From an uncultured Ignavibacteria bacterium (GTDB lineage Bacteria > Zixibacteria > MSB-5A5 > CAIYYT01), in assembly GCA_964468475.1 (NCBI GenBank), contig CAYXUL010000001.1, forward strand, positions 150,439 to 214,438: 64,000 bases of DNA. The letters are read 5' to 3'. The stretch's first letter is position 1. Each line of letters begins with the position of its first letter. The notes under the pieces were generated by a model. That model saw only the letters and a program-made list of their open reading frames with translations, was not told where the DNA came from and did not search any database. Positions 27,599-36,365 of the stretch are shown here, one piece after another. The position numbers were made by a program, and so were the translations under genes.

Positions 27599-29686
27599 TT
27601 ATCCCTGGATTGCATTGCACGGCGGGTAGGGTCCGCCGCCGAAGATATAGTTTATCAGAAAAACCGCGTCGGCGATGCTGATGCTTCCATCGCAATTGGC
27701 ATCGCCCGCCTCCAGTGCTGGAGTCGGCGCGGGACCACCCCCAAAGATGTAGTTTACGAGGTAGACACCGTCGCTGATGCTAAGACTGCCGCTCTGGTCG
27801 CTGTCTCCGTGTTGCAGGAAGACCTCTACCGCCCCGGAGTCAGAATCGCTCACCCCGACAACTGAGCTCGCCTGCGCAGTCAGAGTTATCGAGTTGACTG
27901 AGCCGATTGCCGCACTTGGCGGCGCCGTGACCACTACATTAAACTGACCGGTCTGTCCTGAATTCAGTGACAGACTACCGCTCGTCGGGCTCACTGGCCA
28001 GCCAAGTTGATCCGCCACGGTAATGTCGAAGTCGTCAGGCTGCAGACCGACATTCTCCACACTAAACTTGACCGTCACTGTGGAATTGGAATAGACGCTA
28101 TCATCCGCTATAGAGCTGACATCGATCGCGTACGCGGGACTGGAAACGTAATCGGCGCCGTAGCTGTAATTACGATTGTCGAGCGTCTGGCTGACGTTGG
28201 CGATCACCATGGCGAGCTCATCTTTGTCACCAACCGGGCTCAGGGTAAACTCGCCCGCCCCACTCCCGTCCAGAGGCATCTGATATTCTGTATAGTCGTT
28301 TGTCGACGTGTTACGGGCGAGCATGGTAACGATCCAGCTGACGCCGTCTTCACCGTCAAAGTCGACCGTGAACGAAAATGCATCTGAGGGGATATTGAAC
28401 ACTATGTAATTCGCACCCATCCCGTCCGGATACTTCCCCGTGACCGGCCCCAGGCCTGAAACCGGATAAGTCGAATGAGTGCGGGTGATGGCGATCAGCG
28501 GATAATTCTCAGCTTCCTCATAGTGATTGCCGTCGTTGCGCGAGGCTGTGACATAATTCCACGCCCAGAACTCCGCCACTTCCTGCGGGACAGTGGCTCC
28601 CTTGGCAGCGAGCACCGTGCTGAATGCCGGGTAGGGGCTGGTTGTAATCAATTGATTCCAAATATCGGGAAATGTTTGCGCACCGAAATTCTCCTGCAGA
28701 TACTTGCCCCAGATAAATGCTGAATACATATGCCCATTAGTGATGGAGTGCAGGGACCAATCGGGATCATTGAAAAGGGTTGGAAGATAATTGTAGTTGT
28801 CGTTGACTACGTCGTAAACATAATCCTCCATCCAGGTCGACGAGGTTTCCATGAACCACACCTGCTCGCCGACGTCATAAGCGAACTGAATCGCATGATA
28901 GAATTCGTGCGCAACGGTGACTTTCGCCGCTCCCTTCTGATTTCCATCAGGGTCGGTGTTGGGCGGGAACCCAATGAAATTGCGATGCACAGATATGTAA
29001 CTGTAGGCATCGTTCCACGGCTCCGGACCAGCGCCCTCAGGCTGAGTGTAGCCATAGTACGGCATTTCCTCGGTATAGATATCGTAGAGGCTATCGCCTC
29101 CGAGAGTACCGTCGGCGGGCGGCGTCAGCTGGCCAAGTCCGATAATCTCGGTTCTATAGGAACTGTCTGCGTAATCGGCAATCCACTGCACGAAGTCGGG
29201 AATTCCATCAGCCGGATCGACATCGGTACTCGGCACCGCGTTGGAACCGGATAGGTCATAGTGTATGCGAAAATGTCCTTCCGGGCTGACAATACTGTAC
29301 GTCTGGCTCGGCCGTGTCAGCATAGATGACAATGCGTCACGTGTTGAACCATCAAGCTTATTCCACTGCTGGCGCACCTCCAACAGCACGGGCGTTGCAC
29401 AACGGCCCTGATCTATCACATTCGATTGATACTCGACCGGCAGCGCACCGGGCCGCTTGATCGATTCCACTGAGTAGAGGAGTCGCTGCTGTTCAGTCAG
29501 CTTGCCCTGGTCGTAGGCTTCCCGGATTAGAGTCAGTGAGGATTTCCCGTTCGCAGCGCGTGCCGGCTGCAATCCGAGCGTTACAAGCAACGCTGCAAGC
29601 GCAACGATAATCGAGTGGTAGTGGTATCGCATAGCTGAGCTTTCTAACCTGTCAGAGTCGATTCTTGATTGATGTCGAGCAGTCAC
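27599..29686 (-). CDS. Secreted HExxH putative zinc metalloprotease with C-terminal twin dockerin-like module
   Basis: VTVAHEFYHAIQFAYDVGEQVWFMETSSTWMEDYVY contains the HExxH motif. The probable true start is Met19 (29632), giving the signal peptide MRYHYHSIIVALAALLVTLGLQPARA. The C-terminal module spans 27602-27808. Confidence 0.75.
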   Translation of the reverse strand: MTARHQSRIDSDRLESSAMRYHYHSIIVALAALLVTLGLQPARAANGKSSLTLIREAYDQGKLTEQQRLLYSVESIKRPGALPVEYQSNVIDQGRCATPVLLEVRQQWNKLDGSTRDALSSMLTRPSQTYSIVSPEGHFRIHYDLSGSNAVPSTDVDPADGIPDFVQWIADYADSSYRTEIIGLGQLTPPADGTLGGDSLYDIYTEEMPYYGYTQPEGAGPEPWNDAYSYISVHRNFIGFPPNTDPDGNQKGAAKVTVAHEFYHAIQFAYDVGEQVWFMETSSTWMEDYVYDVVNDNYNYLPTLFNDPDWSLHSITNGHMYSAFIWGKYLQENFGAQTFPDIWNQLITTSPYPAFSTVLAAKGATVPQEVAEFWAWNYVTASRNDGNHYEEAENYPLIAITRTHSTYPVSGLGPVTGKYPDGMGANYIVFNIPSDAFSFTVDFDGEDGVSWIVTMLARNTSTNDYTEYQMPLDGSGAGEFTLSPVGDKDELAMVIANVSQTLDNRNYSYGADYVSSPAYAIDVSSIADDSVYSNSTVTVKFSVENVGLQPDDFDITVADQLGWPVSPTSGSLSLNSGQTGQFNVVVTAPPSAAIGSVNSITLTAQASSVVGVSDSDSGAVEVFLQHGDSDQSGSLSISDGVYLVNYIFGGGPAPTPALEAGDANCDGSISIADAVFLINYIFGGGPYPPCNAIQG

Positions 29687-29692
29687 TGCTTC

Positions 29693-31447
29693 CTAATTGC
29701 ATGGTGGCGGACCTGACGCGAAGATGTAGTTGATTATGTAAACGACATCGCTGACGGAATAAGTCCCGCTGCAATCGACGTCCATTGTTTCAATCGGGTT
29801 GGGGGCCGGACCTCCTCCGAAGATGTAGTTGATCCCGTAAACCGCATCCGAGATTGAGACATTATCGTTGTCATCGAGGTCTCCACGAGTACGGAAATGG
29901 AAATTATAAGTGTAGTTGAATTGAGTTCCATATTGCGAGCCGATGCTGGGAATATATATGATACGCAGCACATCCTGAAGATTGGCGATGCTCACTCGCT
30001 GTTTGCCGTCATCCAGCGGGCTTATAGTCTTTTCATCGTACGTACCATTGCCATAATCCACTATATACGAAAGTCCCCAGACAGCGGTATTGAGCCCGGT
30101 GAAATCGAAAGTGAGTATGCCGCTGTAACCGGTGAGATTGTCGAAAATGATGTAGTTGGAGGCAAGCGGCTGGGGTGGAAGTGTTGAACTGTTATTGGAG
30201 TCAGGAACCACATCGTGGTGCGCCATTATCGCTACTTGTGGATAGGCGGCGCCCTCCTCGAAGTGCAGGGTGTCGGCCCGGGAACCAGTGAAATAATTCC
30301 AGCGGGCGAATTCCCCAAATGCTTTATCGAGTGACGAGCCGTGCGCGGCCAGGTTGGTTGACCACGCCGAGATCGCAGAATTGTAGCGGCAATCATTCCA
30401 CATATCGTGGAGAATGCCAATTCCGTATTTTTCGATCAGGAACTTGGGCCAGATGAAAGAAGCGTACTCATGGCCGTTGTCAGATTGCAGCCCCGTTTCC
30501 GGCGCGTCGAAAAAGAACGGAAGGTAGTTGTAGTTGTCATTTACCGCAGGAAAGACGACTTCCTCCATGCAGGTGGAAGTTTCTTCCATGAAGTACGGTG
30601 CTTCGTAGACATCGTAGGCAAACTGAATCGCGTGATGGAATTCGTGGGCAATTGTCACTTTCAAGGCACCGTAAACGTCTCCATCCGGATCATCATTGGG
30701 AGGAAAACCGGGCGAGAAACGGCTGTGAACTTTTGCAAATGAGCTGTAATCGTTCCAATCAGCCGGGCCCGCCGTCTCCGGAGTGGTGAAGCCGTAATAG
30801 GGTATTACCTGGAAGTAGATATCGTACAGGCCAAGGCCACCACCCTGAGTAAGGTCGGATACCGGTTCGTAATAACCGAGGTTGTTGACATACTCATCCC
30901 ACGCACTGTCGGCGGCCATCATGGCAAAGTCAATGAAGTCGGGAATTCCATTGCTATTGAGGTCAGCTGATGGCACCGAGTCCTGGCCCGAAGTATCAAA
31001 GTGAAGACGGAAATGCCCCCCCGGCGTATCAATGTAAAATTGCGTTGACGGACGCGTAACCAATGCCTCACGGTAGCTGCCATACTTCTCGGGATTGCCT
31101 TCAATTACGGCCAGAGCCTCTGTCATAAGGTCGGTGCCGCACTTGCCGTAGACCATCTCCGACGACTGGTACTCGGTCGGTAGATCAGCTTGGTTGGTTG
31201 CTGACAGCGCCTTGTAAATAGTTCCGAGATCCCTGGATAGCTGCCCTGATGCCACCGCGGCGTCAATCTTCTGTAGTGAATTCTGCGCCGACATCAATGG
31301 ACTTGCACACAAGCAGAGAGCAATGGTTGCCGTGAAGATAAATATGAGACCAGGTTTTGTGTTCACAATCTTTACGAAGTATCGAGGTTCACCGGACCCT
31401 AAACTACGGTACAATTGAAATTTAGGGGCTTTACCCAAAACCGTCAA
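29693..31447 (-). CDS. Secreted HExxH putative zinc metalloprotease, tandem paralog, with twin dockerin-like module
   Basis: VTIAHEFHHAIQFAYDVYEAPYFMEETSTCMEEVVF. The domain order matches the neighbour, and the two genes are 6 nt apart. The C-terminal module spans 29696-29884. The start may be GTG 31366. Confidence 0.75.
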   Translation of the reverse strand: MTVLGKAPKFQLYRSLGSGEPRYFVKIVNTKPGLIFIFTATIALCLCASPLMSAQNSLQKIDAAVASGQLSRDLGTIYKALSATNQADLPTEYQSSEMVYGKCGTDLMTEALAVIEGNPEKYGSYREALVTRPSTQFYIDTPGGHFRLHFDTSGQDSVPSADLNSNGIPDFIDFAMMAADSAWDEYVNNLGYYEPVSDLTQGGGLGLYDIYFQVIPYYGFTTPETAGPADWNDYSSFAKVHSRFSPGFPPNDDPDGDVYGALKVTIAHEFHHAIQFAYDVYEAPYFMEETSTCMEEVVFPAVNDNYNYLPFFFDAPETGLQSDNGHEYASFIWPKFLIEKYGIGILHDMWNDCRYNSAISAWSTNLAAHGSSLDKAFGEFARWNYFTGSRADTLHFEEGAAYPQVAIMAHHDVVPDSNNSSTLPPQPLASNYIIFDNLTGYSGILTFDFTGLNTAVWGLSYIVDYGNGTYDEKTISPLDDGKQRVSIANLQDVLRIIYIPSIGSQYGTQFNYTYNFHFRTRGDLDDNDNVSISDAVYGINYIFGGGPAPNPIETMDVDCSGTYSVSDVVYIINYIFASGPPPCN

Positions 31448-31724
31448 GCTTAATTCGCTGACCTTCTGTGCCTACTAACTCTCTATTAACGAATAAGTTC
31501 CCCTGCCCGCTTCTCCCAATTGTACCTATCGGCTTCAGATTGTCGTGATCGGCCCGCTTGTCGACAGTATTTTACTCCTCTCATCTTTATCGGTAAGTTG
31601 CAGCAAAGTAATGAGATAGGCTCTGCGGATCGCTCGAACTTCATTGCCGTTCCGTGAGACAACCGCGTGACGCAATTGGCTGTTTCGCAACGGCTTGGGC
31701 ACTGCGTTTCGCAATGACATTATT

Positions 31725-31752
31725 TTGACACGCTCCATTGAGTTGCTATATT
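31725..31752 (+). promoter_or_regulatory. Strong promoter-like element (TTGACA-N16-TATATT; also fits the Bacteroidetes-type TTTG...TAnnTTTG)
   Basis: TTGACA lies at 31725-31730 and TATATT at 31747-31752. TATATTTG at 31747-31754 also matches TAnnTTTG. The ATG at 31759 sits exactly 7 nt after the -10 hexamer. Confidence 0.55.
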
Positions 31753-31758
31753 TGCCCA

Positions 31759-34122
31759 ATGTCGATTCTCAAAACCTCTTTCAGACTCTATCTGCCGCTC
31801 TTCCTGACTACAGCCTCTACTCTGCTGTTGGAATTGTCACTGACCAGGCTGTTCTCCGTGCTAATGTACTATCATTTCGCTTTTCTCGCGGTATCGCTGG
31901 CATTATTCGGATTATCGGCTGCAGGCTTGTTTCTGCATTTCCGGCGGAAGGGATTCACCCGGGAAAAGGTCGAGGCAAAACTGGTGTTCGCCAGCATCGC
32001 CTTCGCTGTGACGACCTGGATCTGTCTGGCGGTCGTTACCTCCCTACCGATTGAAGTCGATTATTCCACCGCCAACGTTCTACGGCTCTGCATTATCTAT
32101 CTGGTATCGCTGGCTCCCTTCTTCTTTTCCGGTCTTGTAGTCTCTGCCCTGATCTTCGTGCATTCGGAAACCATTTCGACGGTGTACTTTGTCGATCTTT
32201 GTGGCGCTGCGGTGGGTGCGGTCCTAACGGTGCCGTTGCTCAACCTGTTCGGACCATTAAATCTACTGCTGTTGATCGCGGTGCTTGCGTCGCTGAGTGC
32301 CGTGTCGTTTTGCCTGCGCACACGCTGGCTGACCCGCGGTTCTGCTATTGCATCACTGCTGATCGCGCTGACATTGTTTGTCGTAAATCTCAACGATGGT
32401 TTCGTCGGGATCCACTTCTACAAAGGCAAGAAGCGGGCGCAGATCGAATACAGCCACTGGAATGCACTCTCGCTGGTCACGGTGGAGAACCAGCCGGGTC
32501 AGCCCAATGTGAAGTCGATGGAGATTGATGCCGATGCGCGCACCTATATTCTGCGCGACCCTCTCCGGCTGCTGGGCACCGAGAAAATCCGACACGAGGT
32601 CGCTTCGGAATGGGTATCCCATTATGCGGACGTACTGCTCGATTCTGCAGAGGTGCTTGTTATCGGGCCGGGAGGCGGCCTGGACGTCGTCTTCGCGCTC
32701 GCGTGGGGGGCCAGGCATGTTGATGCGGTAGAAATCAACCCCACCATCGTGAATGGAGTAATGCGTGGCGCCTACCGCGATTTCTGCGGCGATCTCTACG
32801 ACCGCAGAGACGTCACCGTACATGTCGGCGAGGGGCGTTCGTACCTCTCCCGCTCACCCAAGCAGTACGATATGATTCAGCTTACCCTGGTAGACACCTG
32901 GGCTGCCAGCTCCGCCGGAGCTTTCAGCCTGACCGAAAACCACCTCTACACGGTAGAAGCCTTCCGCGACTACTACCGCCACTTGAAACGCAACGGCATT
33001 TTATCCGTGACGCGGTGGCTGGCGCCGAAGCGTAAGGAGAGTCTGAGGCTTTTCACACTCGCGCTCAAGGCTGCTGAAGCCGAGTGGGTGGACCACCCCG
33101 AGGAACATTTCGTGCTGATCAGTAGCGGCACCGACCACAACAGCTACCACATGATGACGCTGTTGTTCAAGAAGACTCCGTTCGAACCGGAGGAGTTGAG
33201 ACGATTGCGTGTGCGCGCCAGGAATTTCAAGAACGAGATCATCTTCAGCCCGGAAATGAGCGACACCAATCTATTTACGATTGCCGCCGACCGCGACCGT
33301 CGCGACTCATTGATTGCCGCGTATCAGTTCAATCTCACACCACCGACCGACGATCGACCTTTCTTCTTTAACACCGCCCGCCTGAGCGAGATTCTGGGAC
33401 TCGCCAAGTTCGATTTCGAATCTCGCAAGAACAACCTGGGACTGTTCAATCTTTACATTGCCGCGGCGCTGTCGCTTCTATTGGTCATTGCCTTTCTGAT
33501 CGTACCGCTCTGGTTCAGCAGAAAGCAGGAGGAAACGAGAATAACACTGACCATGGTACGGTCGGTGTCTTACTTCATTTTCATCGGGCTGGGGTTCATT
33601 CTGGTCGAAATAGCACTGATGCAGAAGTTAATCCTCTACCTGGGTCATCCCATCTATGCGCTGGCCGTGGTGCTGACTACGCTGCTGATTGCCGCCGGAC
33701 TTGGGGCGCTCTCCACCAACCAGTTCAACCACCGCACCAGCAGACGTTATGGACTTTATCTCTTTCCAACAATCGTGGTAGTAATCCTGATTACGGTTAT
33801 GTTGCTGCCGGTGATAACCAGAGTGACCTTCCAGTGGCCACTGATAATGAGGATTATCGCTGCGATCGTGATTACGGCGCCGGTGGGATTCCTATTGGGG
33901 CAACCGTTTCCGCTTGAAATCATGTATCTGGATGTAGTAGACCACAAGACGATCCCCTGGTGCTGGAGCCTGAATGGCGCCGCCTCAGTGCTGGGTTCAG
34001 TAGCTGCAATCGTCGTCGCAATGAGCCTGGGGTTCCAGCACGTCTTTCTGCTCGGCGCTGCCTGCTATCTGTTATCGTACCTGACCCGTAGCTGGAAAGT
34101 CCCGGAGACGGATCAAGCCTGA
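31759..34122 (+). CDS. Polytopic membrane protein fused to a spermidine-synthase-like methyltransferase-fold domain
   Basis: There are about 7 N-terminal TM helices. The central region is VLVIGPGGGLDVVFALAWGARHVDAVEINPTIV...IQLTLVDTW, a spermidine synthase-like fold. More TM helices follow at the C-terminus. The track ORF starts at TTG 31738, and I prefer ATG 31759. Confidence 0.8.
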   Translation: MSILKTSFRLYLPLFLTTASTLLLELSLTRLFSVLMYYHFAFLAVSLALFGLSAAGLFLHFRRKGFTREKVEAKLVFASIAFAVTTWICLAVVTSLPIEVDYSTANVLRLCIIYLVSLAPFFFSGLVVSALIFVHSETISTVYFVDLCGAAVGAVLTVPLLNLFGPLNLLLLIAVLASLSAVSFCLRTRWLTRGSAIASLLIALTLFVVNLNDGFVGIHFYKGKKRAQIEYSHWNALSLVTVENQPGQPNVKSMEIDADARTYILRDPLRLLGTEKIRHEVASEWVSHYADVLLDSAEVLVIGPGGGLDVVFALAWGARHVDAVEINPTIVNGVMRGAYRDFCGDLYDRRDVTVHVGEGRSYLSRSPKQYDMIQLTLVDTWAASSAGAFSLTENHLYTVEAFRDYYRHLKRNGILSVTRWLAPKRKESLRLFTLALKAAEAEWVDHPEEHFVLISSGTDHNSYHMMTLLFKKTPFEPEELRRLRVRARNFKNEIIFSPEMSDTNLFTIAADRDRRDSLIAAYQFNLTPPTDDRPFFFNTARLSEILGLAKFDFESRKNNLGLFNLYIAAALSLLLVIAFLIVPLWFSRKQEETRITLTMVRSVSYFIFIGLGFILVEIALMQKLILYLGHPIYALAVVLTTLLIAAGLGALSTNQFNHRTSRRYGLYLFPTIVVVILITVMLLPVITRVTFQWPLIMRIIAAIVITAPVGFLLGQPFPLEIMYLDVVDHKTIPWCWSLNGAASVLGSVAAIVVAMSLGFQHVFLLGAACYLLSYLTRSWKVPETDQA

Positions 34123-34233
34123 CCGGTCGGAACCGGCTCCCGAAATTCCATCAACCCTTTGTGGGGCACCCCTTTCAGTTACGACCCCAGCCTTGCGCCG
34201 CCCCCCTGGCCTTTAATAGCCGTTTTTCCGGGC

Positions 34234-34410
34234 CTATCCCTCAAAGGTCCTGGCGCAATGGCTGGTGTCAAGCAAACCGTAGTCACCCGAAATGATCTTG
34301 TTGACAATTCTGACGAATTTTTTCGATACGAGTGACTGAAGTTCGTAAGGGTGCCAAAGATCTTTCTCGCCCTTGTGAGCGAACTCCTCATGCTTCTTGT
34401 GACGCGGCAT
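34234..34410 (-). CDS. Small hypothetical protein (58 aa), not in ORF track
   Basis: The reverse complement reads MPRHKKHEEFAHKGEKDLWHPYELQSLVSKKFVRIVNKIISGDYGLLDTSHCARTFEG*. AGGAGG lies 7 nt upstream of the ATG (gcAGGAGGtggaggaATG). This competes with the 82-aa track ORF 34179..34427, which has no RBS. Confidence 0.45.
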   Translation of the reverse strand: MPRHKKHEEFAHKGEKDLWHPYELQSLVSKKFVRIVNKIISGDYGLLDTSHCARTFEG

Positions 34411-34580
34411 TCCTCCACCTCCTGCATTAGGTTTGGTGAAGTCAGCTAGTCAAGCGGTTAGTGATTTAAGGTAGACCGGCGCATCGAACCGAGACGTACC
34501 TCTGCTCGGACACTAATGAGGATTAATGGCGGTGAGGGTAAAGATGAAGCTTTCCATCTATCAGACTTTTGACATACAGT

Positions 34581-34895
34581 TCAAACACTTAGCTTTTCCT
34601 GTAAGCGTTTGATTGCTCTCCACTTATAAATGTGAACGACTTGCTGAGTAATTCCCAGAATCGTCGCAGCCTCTCGTTCGGTCTTCCCGGAAAGGATCAA
34701 TATCAGAGTTTGTTTCTGTCGCTCAGATAATGAATTGCGCACGTGCCACATCAACTTGCGGTGGTATGACGAGCGCCTGCTGCTTTGCGCACCCGAAATT
34801 CCCTTCCCATAATAAGGAGACATTTCAAGACTGAATTGCTCCATGATTACCGGATCAACCGAGACCTCGGCGAATTTATATTCTGAACTGCCCAT
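34581..34895 (-). CDS. Stand-alone sigma-70 region-4-like HTH protein
   Basis: The 104-aa ORF has LSERQKQTLILILSGKTEREAATILGITQQVVHIYKWRAIKRLQEKL, which matches a sigma region 4 / LuxR-like HTH. No regions 2 or 3 are present. Confidence 0.65.
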   Translation of the reverse strand: MGSSEYKFAEVSVDPVIMEQFSLEMSPYYGKGISGAQSSRRSSYHRKLMWHVRNSLSERQKQTLILILSGKTEREAATILGITQQVVHIYKWRAIKRLQEKLSV

Positions 34896-34976
34896 TTAAC
34901 AAAGTTGTCGTGATTATTGTTCTCTCTACAAACAAGCTCCCTTTCGCTGATTTAGCAAGTCTAAATCGAAAACTTT

Positions 34977-36362
34977 TCAATCGAGAGATTTGCGCAGCGC
35001 ATCCATCGCCGGTTTGGAAATCACGCTGCGGTACTTCCCCGCGCTGGTAGCCTCGATCTTGTCGACTACCTCGACCGCGATTTTGAATTCGCCCTTGAAT
35101 TCCTCGAAGAAGGCTGTCTCGACAAGTTTACGATCCCTGTTTTCATTGTAATTCTGCGAGGGAACGATACGGACGATAATCTCATCGCCGGAAACTTGTT
35201 CAAGCTGCACACGGTGATAGATCAAGAGGTTATTGCGGCGCAACACGGACGAAATGTAGGGCAGCTTCAAGCCGTTGCGGGTAAGAATGAGATCCTTGCC
35301 ACGACCGCCGAGGACTTCCATTGCCGGAAATGGGTACGGGCTGTCGTCTTGATACCCGAAGTAGCGTCCCAGGTCCTCAGTGTGATATCGAATGAGCGGG
35401 AAGGCATAATTGTCGAGACTGGTTGAAATGATGTTTCCCTGTGAGGCAAGTGAATCGTTACCAGGGTCGTTAGCAGAATCGTCATCAAATTCGAGATAGC
35501 AGTAGTCGGAGAAAATCAGCAGGTTGCCGGCGTGGTCGCTTCCTGCTGCCGCAGTATTCTCGCGATTGCCATAGTAGTTGTAAAGAGTACCCCCGTAAAA
35601 CTCCGTAATCAGCTTTCGATACTCAGGGTAAATCAACTCCCCTATTGAAAGGAAGATCGGAACCTGCAGGGGTTCCAGGTCAAGTTCCCTGCAGAGACTG
35701 GCAAGTATGGCGGCGCTCGCTGGCTGCGCCTGGATCATACGCGGACGGAAATCTCTAATCTGTTCATAGACCGTTCGCGCGAGGTCGCGGTTGATTGCGT
35801 GCGGGTGAACGTAAATGCAGTTTTCATTCAGGTCGATCGGAAACTGATCGACTGGCTGATCCTTGTGAAACGCGGTCGTCAGCCTGGCGCGCCGCTGCCG
35901 AAAATCGTAGCCGATACTTCTTCGGTATCGCCAGACTATGGCATTGCGATGTGCTTCCAACTCTCGCGAGCGATACAGCAGCAGGCCGTCTCGGGTGGTG
36001 CCGCTGGTGATCGTGCTGATAGGGTCGAATTTATCGAACTCATCAGACTTCAGTTCTTCCCGATTCAAGTCCACGTCATCTTTGGCCAATACCGGAATCT
36101 GCTTGAAGTCGCTCCAGTGCTGAATATCGGCAGGACTGATCCCCTTCTCCCTAAACTTGCGCGTGTAATAGGGAACGTGTTGGTAGGCATAGTCGATTAA
36201 CGCTTTCAAACGACTCCACTGGTAGTCCTCGATTTCTTCGCGAGAACGCGACAGGTTAGCCTCGTACCCAGAGAGTGCTTTTCGGAAGGTGCTGCCATAT
36301 TTGAGCTGAAGTGGTACGGCGGTGTGGTATAGCTTTCGCAGATAGTGAAACGGGCTGCTCAT
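34977..36362 (-). CDS. Adenylate-forming enzyme of the phenylacetate-CoA ligase / F390 synthetase (CapK-like) family
   Basis: The 461-aa ORF has ITSGTTRDGLLLYRS (the SGTTG-like P-loop of PaaK-type ligases) and a C-terminal GKYRSV. The ATG at 36362 lies 3 nt after the upstream GNAT stop. Confidence 0.75.
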   Translation of the reverse strand: MSSPFHYLRKLYHTAVPLQLKYGSTFRKALSGYEANLSRSREEIEDYQWSRLKALIDYAYQHVPYYTRKFREKGISPADIQHWSDFKQIPVLAKDDVDLNREELKSDEFDKFDPISTITSGTTRDGLLLYRSRELEAHRNAIVWRYRRSIGYDFRQRRARLTTAFHKDQPVDQFPIDLNENCIYVHPHAINRDLARTVYEQIRDFRPRMIQAQPASAAILASLCRELDLEPLQVPIFLSIGELIYPEYRKLITEFYGGTLYNYYGNRENTAAAGSDHAGNLLIFSDYCYLEFDDDSANDPGNDSLASQGNIISTSLDNYAFPLIRYHTEDLGRYFGYQDDSPYPFPAMEVLGGRGKDLILTRNGLKLPYISSVLRRNNLLIYHRVQLEQVSGDEIIVRIVPSQNYNENRDRKLVETAFFEEFKGEFKIAVEVVDKIEATSAGKYRSVISKPAMDALRKSLD

Positions 36363-36365
36363 CAA

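Noticed and set aside
16696-31447. Interpretation of the cohesin/dockerin genes as a cellulosome.
   Set aside because: No glycoside hydrolase, carbohydrate esterase or CBM signature is visible in any dockerin-bearing protein. The passengers are protease-like, beta-helix/PKD and Ig-repeat proteins.
31535-31759. A 74-aa minus-strand ORF in the divergent intergenic region.
   Set aside because: It overlaps the strong plus-strand promoter, has no RBS, and has a basic low-complexity translation. It is probably not coding.
34179-34427. The 82-aa track ORF.
   Set aside because: Its ATG sits inside the Shine-Dalgarno of the better-supported 58-aa ORF in another frame, and it has an Arg/Ser-rich low-complexity translation.
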